From: Glycera tridactyla
Lineage: Eukaryota
Assembly (NCBI GenBank): GCA_965644265.1
Contig: OZ286462.1
Span: 37,758,001 to 37,822,000 of the forward strand
Length of the DNA stretch: 64,000 bases
Reading direction: 5' to 3'
Both the position numbers and the translations under genes were made by a program. Under the pieces are notes generated by a model. It was not told where the DNA came from, made no database searches, and was given only the letters and a program-made list of their open reading frames with translations. Below are positions 35,701-47,000 of the stretch, piece after piece (the first letter of the stretch is position 1; every line of letters begins with the position of its first letter).

Positions 35701-36960
35701 GACTGGACAAGCCAAGAGAACAGCCTGTTGTCATCAGGCATTGTATTTGGTGAATAAATGGGGAAAATGGGGAGGCGTGTTGATGGGCATGACATATTTG
35801 AAAGCATTAAAAGTCAATTACGAGAACGCAGTTTACTGGAATTTAATAGGTACTCCATGGCTTTTGAAACTTGTTCCTGATAGTACAGGACATGGGCTTC
35901 AGGCATGCGAAGAATGGGGAGGATTCATGTCAGCTTTTCAGAGCAAGATGGATTCAAAGTTTGGGTCTCCGACAGAAATGAAAATAATCACAAACCCTAA
36001 TTTTTAGATGATTGACATCTGAACAGCACAAGAACAATTCTATCTTCGCCAGTCTGGAGCTTAGTTTCTTTTGGCATTAAGACTGGACAGGCCAAGAGAA
36101 CAGCCTGTTATCATCAGGCATTGTATTTGGTGAATAAATGGAGAGTATGGGGAGGCGCGTCGATGGGCATGACATATTTGAAAGCATTAAAAGTCAATTA
36201 CGGAAACACAGTTTACTGAAATTTAATAGGTACTCCATGGCTCTCAAAACTTGTTCCTGATAGTACAGGACATGGGCTTCAGGCATGCAAAGAATGGGGA
36301 GGATTCAAGTCGGCTTTTGAGAGCAAGATGGATTCGAAGTTTGGGTGTCCATCAGGAATGAAAATAATAACAAACCATAATTTTTAGATGTTTGCCATTC
36401 GAGCCACACAAGAACAATTCTAACTTTGCCACTCTGAAGCTTGGTTTCTTTTGTCATTAGGACTGGACAAGACAAGAAAACAGCCTGTTATCATCAGGCA
36501 TTGTATTTGGTGAATCAATGGGGAATATGGGGAGGCGTGTCGATGGACATGACATATTCGAAAGCATTAAAAGTCAATTACGGAAACGCTGTTTACTGAA
36601 ATTGAATAGGTACTCCATGGCTTTTGAAACTTGTTCCTGATCAAACAGGACATGGGCTCCAGGCATGCAAAGAATGGGGAGGATTCATGTCGGCTTTTGA
36701 GAGCAAGATGGCTTCAAAGTTTGTGTGTCTGTCAGAAATGAAAATGATCACAAACAATAATTTCTACATGTTTGCCATCTGAACCGCACAGTAACAATTC
36801 TAACTCTGCTACTCTGGAGCTTGGTTTCATCTGTCATTAGGACTGGACAAGCTGAGAGAACAGGCTGATATCATCAGGCAGTGTATTTGGTGAATCAATG
36901 GGAATATGGGGAGGGGTGTCAAAGTATGCGGAGGATTCATGTCGGCTTTTCATAGCAAGT
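26768..36960. repeat. Satellite array, 380-bp unit, about 27 copies, with variant monomers and higher-order duplication
   Basis: Direct reading; ORF-track repeats at 27697/28837 (3x380) and 29596/32994. Three 358-bp monomers with a 22-bp deletion at about 27343, 31120, 34518. Confidence 0.97.
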
Positions 36961-36984
36961 GGGCCATCATTATGGGGACATTGG

Positions 36985-38500
36985 AAGTAGTATGTTCAAG
37001 TTGTCTATTGCTGTCAGTTGACCAGCATATACCTAATTCAATACTTTTTTCACTTAATTGCTTGACACCTCCACTTCCAGTGCTTTTCATTCGATGAAAT
37101 ATTGCTGCCATTTCGAAATTGAGTATATAAAATAGTATCTGTCCAACTTTTCAAGGGTATGTCAAATAGTGTGTAGCTGTTATATTGATTGAGCGTGATA
37201 CGGCGAAAAAAATAATCATTTTTTCTAAAAAGTCTGTAGCTACTAAATTGAGTGAGAACCATGCTGCAAAAAAAAAAACTGAAATAGCTGGTTACCTCCA
37301 CTCCCAGAGCTCGTTACTCCAAGAAATATAGCTTCGATTTCAAAAGTGCACATACATGTACCTTCAGAAAGAACATGACCTGACTTTATAGCAGTATGTT
37401 CAAGATGTATGTAGCTGCTATATTGAGCGAACGCCGCACGTCGAAAAAATACGTTTTCACTCAAACTGCTGGACACCTCAAATTCAAACACTCGTTGCAC
37501 CATGAAGTATTGCTTCGATTTCAAAATCGCACATACCTCTGGGAATATCATGACCTGAACTTTATAACAGTATGTTTAAATTGTATGTAGCTGCTATATT
37601 GAGCGAGCGCCGCTCATCAACAGAAGTACATTTTACTAAAACTGCTTGACACCTCCTGTTTCAGCACTCATTTCATCAGGAAATATCGCTCCAATTTTAA
37701 GATTGAACACAGCTTTCAAACGATCATAACTTTGAGTTTGCAAAGGCATGTTCAAATTGTATGTAGCTACTACATTGAGCGAGCGCCGCACATAAACAAA
37801 AGTTTGTTTTCACTGAAACTGCTTGACACCTCCTGTTTCAGCACTCATCACATCATGAAATATTGCTCCGATTTCAAAATCAAACACAGCATTCAAATGA
37901 TCATGACTTGGAGTTTGCAAAGGTATGTTTGAATTGTATGTAGCTACTATATTGAGCGAGCGCCGCACATAAACAAAAGTACGTTTTTACTGAAATTGCT
38001 TGACACCTTCACTTTCAGCACGCATTACATCATAAAACATTGCTTCGATTTTAAAATTGAACACAGCATTCGAACGATCATGACTCGGAGTTTGCAAAGG
38101 TATGTTTAAATTTTATGTAGCTACTATATTGAGCGAGCGCCGCACATAAACAAAAGTACGTTTTTACTGAAATTGCCTGACACCTCATCTTTCAGCACGC
38201 ATTACATCATGAAATATTGCTCCGATTTCAAAATCAAACACAGCATTCAAATGATCATGACTTGGAGTTTGCAAAGGTATGTTTAAATTGTATGTAGCTG
38301 CTATATTGAGCGAGCGCCGCACATAAACAAAAGTACGTTTTTACTGAAACTGCTTGACACCTCCACTTTCAGCACGCATTACATCATGAAATATTGCTCC
38401 GATTTCAATAATAAACACAGCTTTGAAACGAGCGTGCCTTGGAGTTTGCAAAGATGTGTTTAAATCATATGTAGCTGCTATATTTAGCGTTCAACTAGCG
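36985..38500. repeat. Satellite array, 177-bp unit, about 8 copies
   Basis: The G(T/C)AT(G)T...TGTAGCT unit start recurs at 37746, 37923, 38100, 38277, 38454 (177-bp steps); more diverged toward the left. Confidence 0.92.
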
Positions 38501-41500
38501 TGGAAAAGAAACGGTTTTTCCAATGATGACGTGCGATTTTGCGGGAAAACTCAGTGCTATCACTGGTATGGAACGAACTATAGACACGTCAACGCGGAAC
38601 CGCGATGCGTCAACCCGTCAATTGTTCGCTAACTTCACTCTCATCCTCTAAACTACACAACAAGAGAGACAGTACCAATGAATGTCCCGGCCGATATAAA
38701 TAATTATCGCATTGTTGCATGGCAACCACGTTCGATCCATCTCTTATGTATGCTCATATATATTTCTGCTTCTGCGCATTTTTATCTCCTCTCTGGTCAT
38801 CCACAGGCTTGTTCACCATCAAGTCAATAAGCTAGTACTTTTTTCTGTACCTCGAATCACCTCCGTTTCTAATTTGTCTGGCCAATCCGCTGCCTAATCG
38901 CAAGACGACGTGCCTAATTTATCCGCTAGATGGCATGCTAGTCGTCAGTAACCCATACTGTAATGAATCGGAATCTTATGAGAAAAGTTCGAAACACTTT
39001 AATTTGAGAGAATCAGAAACAAATCTTCATTCTTGGCGTTGCATCCTTACCATGGAAATGGAGTTAGATGGAGTTTTCCTGAAGGCATTATCTGGATATT
39101 CCCTTAACTGTAATAAAAACATTACTGGAGCGAGGACAAGTGGGCCCGGGGAGGGCAGATACTAAAATATGCGTACACATGACAATAAGGAAAACGCGAC
39201 AAAAGAAATAGAATGAGAAAAGCAAGTGACAGGAATGTTGAGTCCGAGCAGTATCATAACGGTATTGTCGATTCAAAATCTATGTCAGACTATGTACATC
39301 ATTTTACTACATTGCATGGAGCAATAGAAAAGACGAATATTTTCCTCAAATGTTCTGGGCAGGTCTGCAGAGTCGATATTGTATAACTAGAAAGAAAGAC
39401 GTCCATGTCTTTATGACAAAGTTGCGACAAGAAATGTTTGTAGCCTACTCAACAACATGACTCATGTGTGAAAATCTCGATCAAATCACGGATTCATCGA
39501 CTGTTCTCAGGCAGACTATTTCAAATTCATGGCCCAATGATTCAAGATTATGATTGAAATATATGGTTTATAAAAGCTAGTCCAACATGAGGATATGAGT
39601 AGATCTGAGTACACACAGTTCAGGATTCAGTCTCATGGAATATCCATCCTAGTTTCCAACATGAAAACCTCGGATCACATCTCGACGACCACCGGGAAAA
39701 CCATCATCTCACAGAAAACTACTACTCAAATAATATGAGCATAGTGGTCAGAAATATCTTTAGAAATTGTATAACTGCTGAATAATCTGTCACAGAAGAA
39801 TCCGCCTCGCCATTCCAGGGCGAAATGGGTTGAATATCCACTAATCAATTTGAATCTTTCAGTTAGGTCATCTCAAGATCATACCGCTCGGATGAATCCT
39901 CATATTTGATTTTGTGAGTTACCTGGAGCACCACTAATCCCCTCATTAGGAGAGTGAATGGCACATAAAGAGGTAGATGAATAGTTATTCAATTTGAATG
40001 ACAAGTTGGTGACCGGTGGAGAAGATTCGAAAATAGAACGCAGGTCATATCAAAAGGTTGAGGAGTCTTACTCAGTCATCGTGATGGCTGTGAACAACAC
40101 ATCATTGTAAGACCACCCTATGCGATACTGAGTACCAGTGCCTTGTTCAACATATACGTCGTACTATTGACAATATATCTAATTATATATTAATCCGGTC
40201 AAGTATGAATGGCATAGCTAGAACTGACACGTGAGAGATGGTAATGGCCTATCTAACAGAAAGCATTTTTATTGGGTACGAATGTACAAATGCCGCCGAC
40301 ACCACCACCGAGCCTTACTCCACGACTATAGGTCACCAAGACAATCAGCACCACCACTACCTCGAAAATTACTTTCAGGTATTTTTATCTTCCATTTGAT
40401 ACCCAGTACATGTAGTCATGATTGGTCCCGCCCATGCCCGTCGCATGGGTGTCTCAATATTTTTCCGAAAAAGTGTTCATGGGGCGTACAACAAATAACC
40501 AACCCACCAACCACCAATATCACCACTGACACGACGAATATCATAATTATAGAGACAGCCATTTCCATCACCACTACCACCATCATTATCACCATCACTT
40601 TCACTCCGTGCATGATGATCGACGGAAGCAGCAGGCTCCTCTCAATGTGTTTCGTTGTTTGTGTGTTTGTGAGTTAGATAGAATTCGCCGAAATCCGCAA
40701 TGATTTGTGCTATTTCCAATACGAAATAAACAAGATAATTGGCCATCTGGGAAATCTATACCTCCTGCACAGGTACCCAAAATAGATACTAGCTCTCATG
40801 GATTACGGAAACTTATCTCATTCTGTCTCGCTTACCTTGATACTTTCGCCGTGAGCTATCGGGTCCACTTATTGTTACTCTCTATAGCTTTCGCAGTCGA
40901 AAGAGTCGGCAGATCTTTTCAGCACCTGAGTTGTTCTGTGTATCATGTGGATTCATGCGGATTCTCGTATTCTCTAAGGTAAACGTGGCTTCTCATACAT
41001 GGGGGATGAAGGGTCATTCAATGCTAATAATCTTGGTATTGAACTCATGAGAACCCGACCTGGATTCGTGGGCAAACGCATAAAATAAGCAGGTGACTCG
41101 ACTTATAGTGCTCAGTAGTTGCAGAAGATGACGGATTTGGGGGTGTATATCCTCAACAATAACTTGCTGAGATGTTTGTCTACACGCAGAAATATGATTT
41201 CATCAATACAAATATAACCACAATGTCTACACATACCGAGTAGGCTTGACTCTGCTATTCTCATCTTGTGAGTGTCTTGTGAAGGTCAGAATGTGATCTC
41301 CGATATCCCCAAATATGGCAGGACCTCAGGCTGACATTCCCAGAACATGGTCCTGTGAAATAGCCTGAAGCAGGTCTGGATACGATAGCCTGTCTTTTGT
41401 TGAGTGGGTTGTTCCGCAGGGGGTGGGTGTCTGTACTGGTCATTATCGGGGCGGGTCCTCACTATATCCGTGTCACCTTCAGCTCGACCTACGCTTATTT

Positions 41501-41564
41501 ACAACGCAGATTCGTCCGAATGAAGTCATCAGGTTGTAGTCAGTTGTTCAGTCAGGAATTGGCA

Positions 41565-41855
41565 AATATTGGTGTAAACTATGAGCTTGATCCGACGAAT
41601 ATTAGTGTGGTCTATGAGCATGATCCGGCGAATATTAGTGTAGACTATGCGCGTGATCCGACGAATATTAGTGTAAACTATGAGCATGATCCGACGAATA
41701 TTAGTGTAAACTATGAGCATGATCCGACGAATATTAGTGTAAACTATGAGCATGATCCGACGAATATTACTTCGAATTATTAGCATGATCCGATGAATAT
41801 CAATGTGAACTATGAGTATGATCTGACGTACATTAGTTTAAGCTATGACGGCCAT
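41565..41855. repeat. 33-bp minisatellite (AATATTAGTGTAAACTATGAGCATGATCCGACG), about 9 copies
   Basis: Direct reading; translates as (NISVNYEHDPT)n with an in-frame stop in the seventh copy. Confidence 0.9.
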
Positions 41856-42705
41856 CCAAATATATTCTTTTAATGTTAGTGCCAACCTGTATTTTTTTAA
41901 GTATAATCGAATAATTTTCGTGCATTTTCTCACCTTCGACTCACCTGCGCTACTTTCGATCAAATATGCAATTACCAATGCATCAACTCGAGTCGGCCTC
42001 TGCCGTAGTACCGTACCATTTTGTAGATATACCTCAGGCATGCAACACCCTCCAGCATTAATTCCACCCTCCATCAAAGGTTCTTATATCTCATTTTTTG
42101 AATAACAGTGTGTTGGCGAGAACTCGATAAGTCCATATGATGATCATTATGCCCTTCTCGAAAAAGTCGAACCTTCCGGATATTCTTCTGTCCATGACAG
42201 TTCACCTATGTTAGGGGACAAAACATCTCTGTATTTTACTGCACTGAAGATTTCTATCATGAATTATACATATTCCGTCAGTCAACAGAATGAATGATCT
42301 GAATTGTGAGACCACCCTCATGAGTAAATGTTTACGTTAAGGCATATATTGTATCAGATATATCCTCCTTAGTTTATCCATAAATTTATCGGGGCTTGTC
42401 CAACCCTTGAAATTAGTCACCTGTGATCCAGAAACGCGAAGTGGAACCTAACCCAATAGCCGGTTTGTAGAGAAAAGTAATCAATTGAAGTCTTCATCCC
42501 TTAGCATAGGGTAAATTCTGGCATGTGTTGTGTACCTGATTTCAATACGGAATCTCTTGAGTGAGTAGGTCGTTTTGGTAATTTGTGTGATATATCTATC
42601 TCAAATCCCGGATTGGTTGAAATTCCCTCCTATTTGAGGAAGTTTATCAGATACGATGTGTTACTATGACGATCCAAATGAGGGAAGTAATGAAGGTGAT
42701 CAGAG

Positions 42706-42751
42706 ATGCAGTCCATGGAACTACCTATGCTCGAGGCCATACTCAACCTAG
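42706..42751 (+). CDS. Tentative first coding exon of unidentified plus-strand gene (MQSMELPMLEAILNL)
   Basis: ATG to donor TAG|GTAGGA, phase 1, matches the next exon; the gap at 42989-43120 could hide other exons. Confidence 0.3.
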
Positions 42752-42988
42752 GTAGGACATCTAATGACATACGGGAATATGCTAAATAGATGTGTTCATT
42801 GCGAGTCGCCCAGGTCCAATATAGCAGAATGGGGCATTAAAACACTATTTTGCGGGGTGGTCAAGCGGCTCGCATCCTGCATATATTATTGGCAATTTGA
42901 TGAAAAAATTATCGAGTTTGATGCATCAATACATCCGACCCAGGCGTAGCCATGCACTCGTGGGGAGCCATGACACCGTTCTCCAGGC

Positions 42989-43120
42989 NNNNNNNNNNNN
43001 NNNNNNNNNNNNNNNNNNNNNNNNNNNNNNNNNNNNNNNNNNNNNNNNNNNNNNNNNNNNNNNNNNNNNNNNNNNNNNNNNNNNNNNNNNNNNNNNNNNN
43101 NNNNNNNNNNNNNNNNNNNN
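42989..43120. other. Assembly gap (132 N)
   Basis: Run of n. Confidence 1.
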
Positions 43121-43364
43121 GGCGGCTGTGAGAATTGAACATGAGTCTTAAAGATGAATGAGAATATACGGGATTATCTAGAGGTGTGTTCAGTGTCTTG
43201 AAAATGATATCTTCTTTTTCTATCAAAGCTGCTCGGAAGATGACATGATTGATCGATTGATTGATTGATTGATTGATTGATGTCCAACCGCATGTATCAA
43301 ACCAGAGGGTTGTGTATGTATTCTATTACTGGTCAATGGAAGCTAGATATTCTGTACCCCACAG

Positions 43365-43478
43365 GCATCACTCACACAATCACTGAACACAAGGTGATGG
43401 GGAACTTGGAAGAAGGTCAAGTGGAAGGAGCTGACTCGGAAGATGGCAGTTCCAGGATATTGTGGATATACGAGATCC
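43365..43478 (+). CDS. Penultimate exon of unidentified plus-strand gene (ITHTITEHKVMGNLEEGQVEGADSEDGSSRILWIYEI)
   Basis: Acceptor TTCTGTACCCCACAG|, donor TCC|GTAAAG, 114 bp, phase 1-1; following 70-nt intron has a GCTAAT branch-like site and pyrimidine tract. Confidence 0.65.
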
Positions 43479-43548
43479 GTAAAGTGTTTAAACATGTTGA
43501 CTATATTTGGGTGAAAGCTAATTTGCTCGATTTTGTTGTCTGTTTCAG

Positions 43549-44090
43549 GTAACCTAACCTACCCGCGGCGCACGGAGAGCGCCTACTCTCGCCCACCCAC
43601 GCGAGATCCCGTCAACAAGAGTCACGTGGCTTACGTCACACCTCAACGTCACGTCCGCATGTCGCCGTCTCCACTAGGAAGTTTCAAATCGCCCAACGTC
43701 ACACAAAACTGCGTGGGAAACTCCAAACCAGTTTCTAGTCATTACCACGCTCCTGGCACCCTCCGTAGCTATACCCCAAAGCGTACGATACAGTTCGATA
43801 CGACCCCGACGAAAACGCTACCCCCTCAGAGACAATATCACGGTGGTGGTGGCCGTGTTGGGGACGGGATCCTGAAGAAGCACCACAACCCAGTCGGGGA
43901 ATCTAACTGTGATTGTAATGGACCTTGTGAGCATGTTCGCTACGCCATTAAAAGACCGCACGAGGGGGACAAATCCCCATCGAATGGATGCGAACTGGTG
44001 ACACTACAGCATGGACGAGTAGGTCCCCGGATGGCCAATGCTAACCATATTAACCCAGACAGACCTGCGGTTCTTGATTCAGTCGTGTAA
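43549..44090 (+). CDS. Terminal exon of unidentified protein, S/P/R/T-rich, ending ...PAVLDSVV*
   Basis: Acceptor TTTTGTTGTCTGTTTCAG|; 180 open codons in a GC-richer, codon-like stretch; longest ORF in the window outside repeats and N-gaps. Confidence 0.75.
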
Positions 44091-47000
44091 CCTCTATTGT
44101 CATCAATATCATGTCTATTACCTAACTTCAGTTTCTTGACTCTGATTTCATGTTGTGATGTGTTCCTTGTGATCTCATATACATCAATCAGAACACCGGG
44201 AATCGATCCAATTCGATTCGACCAAATTCATTTCAGGTCAAAATCCTTCTCGTATCTCATCCATCGAGATGCGCTCGGTATCAATATTCACTATCTTGCC
44301 GCAAATCTTTTCTTCTGATCGAGGTTTGACTATTTGCGGTGTAATCCAAGGACATAAACCTGCATGAATGGAGAGTGTCTGAGAAACTGGAGTTAGGATA
44401 TTATTTGTATGATAATCAGCACGGTTTCTCCCAACCCATTTGTTTTCCATGAATTCATAAACTGCAAAATACAATACATCTATTTTCGACATTTTTTTCC
44501 GATATGAGAAGACTATGTTTATACATAACCCGATTCTCCAGCCTATCCAACTTTTTGAAATGGTGACGAACTGATTATCTGACACACGTCTTGTGCTTGG
44601 ATACAACAGGGATAAATTGTATAATTGATATTCTACACAGAACAAAAAAGTGCATACAAAGGAGGAACAACGTGTAATACTTAGGTTGCCAACAACTTTA
44701 ACAAATAATTTGGAAATCATTGAATCATCCGATTAATTTATGACTTCACCAATTTCTCATTTTCTTGAAACTTTGATGCTTTTATTTCGACATTCATAGT
44801 TGGGGAGCCGTGCGTGATTTTGTCTTCTACTGAGATGGAAATGGCTCTATATTGTTTATCTTTCTGCGCCGTCGTTTCTTCATCTACACTTCGTCATTCT
44901 TCATAGACTGTCATTCAATGGATCATTTAATGGATGTATCGATGTCGTTCAAACATGGAGTCTCCTCTATGACTTTCAACAGGTCATGGAATATGCCATT
45001 TATATTGACCAACCAGTGGGTACTTGACTAGCTTAGGACCAATCCTAACCACACGATTTGCACTGGACACGATGTTCGCGTGGTAGGACAAAACCAGTAT
45101 TGATTTGCTTCGACGAAATACACCCAAACGTAGCAGGACCAAACACTAAGTGATTTTCTTAAGGAAATCTGATGGGGCCATACTTGAAAAGTGACGCAAC
45201 TTTCATGGATATTGAATGATCTCAAGTCTTTTGTGGAAAAGGGGAAAAAGGGGATAAACGCAGTTTATTTATATTTTAACTATAAATTTATAAATTGCAG
45301 TCATCCCAATAAGGCAGTTTGTTATATACTAAAGTCTAACGAATCAGATTTGCGTTGAAACTTCACCTGGAAAGACCTTAATGATTACGACTCATATGGT
45401 ATATGGTTCCCTGGCGACAGTGGATCCCGTATGATGACCATCCAACCATCCTTTCCATAGTGTCATGGCATGCTATGTTCGTAGTCCATGAGAAAACAAA
45501 TATTGAGATTTTTTATGATGTTTGTGCCAGTGATTGATTGATCGTAACCCATAACTTTGATGTGCATTCAAACGTGCAGGAGTGAATGTCCATCGCTGAA
45601 TCTATGTTTATTTGCGGCGTTGAATGGCAATTCGCGTGTGTATGAGAAAGAAGGTAGTTGGGATGAAAAATGTACCACGAATGGATGTGCTCGCGCGAGT
45701 GTGAGAGTCGCGTGCTCATGTGCTATGAAGGTTAAGGAGGTAAGGGTGAGGATAAATGTTTCCATGTGTGAATTCACTTGAGGAAGTCCATTCAGGTGAG
45801 CGCATTCTTTGAATATTTGATGCGCTCAGAGAAAAAGCTGAAACATCCATTTCCGGAAATCACTATCTCTTTCTGTTTCCGCTGTCTATATTGCTACCAT
45901 GCTGGCTTCCCTGCAGGCGCATAAGCTATGTTCGACTTGATATTTCAGGAATAGACTAGTGGAATCATTTCAGCATAATATTCGGAAGGACCCAACAGAA
46001 TCAAATTGATTACACAATACAAATCAGAAACTGGCTTCGCACGGATTCCAGAGGTTGCTTCATTGATAAGGTGCTTGTATTTCTGTATCTCTTTCTTAGC
46101 TCACAATTCTCAATGAGTAGTCACATTTGGCAACCAATTCATCGAGAAATGTACTTCACAAGGTGGGAGCTCAGATGTTACATCTGATTCACTCTTCTTG
46201 GAAATCCAAACAGAAAAAAATTAGTCTGAGTTAATACGTACGCAGTCGTTTGTTCGAGTTGATTGAGAAAGAAAATAACATCAAATGGCCAGTATAAAGA
46301 TACTTTGATGAACACTTAACTTTAGCTGAAGTCAATCGAAACTGAATGTTCAAACAGTGTCCTACGGCAATCCTATGTGTTTGCTTGCACAGTGTGGCAC
46401 AAGATATTCAACATCAAACGAGAAGTAAATGGAACTATCAGTTGGCGCGTGGCATTGCATCTGACAAAACAGACAGCGACCCAATATCCTTCCCAGTTTT
46501 GAAAGATATTATGAGATTTTAACGAGCGCCTGCATGCCTGGTATAATGCCGAACAAACACAGTATACAATGCTGTGTGGCTTCATCATACAAATACTGTA
46601 TTTGCTCAACCACGTTTCCCGATTGAAATCTGAGCCAAACACCATCCATGCTATTGCGGTTTGTGGAATATGCACAAAGCAGATCAGAATCAAGTTCGTA
46701 GTCCTGTTGTTTTGGGGATGCGGTGTCATTCCTGTCCACCCACTCTTTTCAATTAACGTCTATGTATTACTGTTGCGATTACTCCACATTGGCTTCTGTT
46801 TATTTTGCATGAAAGTTCAGTCTCTTGTTATTGCAATCACCGCCTACACAACATCGCTGGATATTTATGTGATGTCAATGAACTGTTTCATTTTAAACAA
46901 TGTAGGCAGATTGGCATACTGATGTGAATGATACGAAGCATCCGTCTCACGTGGGAGTTACCACAAGAGGCATACATGATCCCTCAATTTCCTGCATTCT

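Noticed and set aside
26768-38500. Regular arrays as CRISPR or as tandem exon-intron repeats; repeated 61-108 aa ORFs
   Set aside because: No repeat-spacer alternation, eukaryotic context, no cas genes; no consistent donor-acceptor pair enclosing an open frame in the unit.
40060-40170. AILSTSALFNIYV, faintly like the LINE RT motif QGS(I/V)LSPxLFNIY
   Set aside because: QG absent, no following YADD motif, stops nearby; too weak without a profile search.
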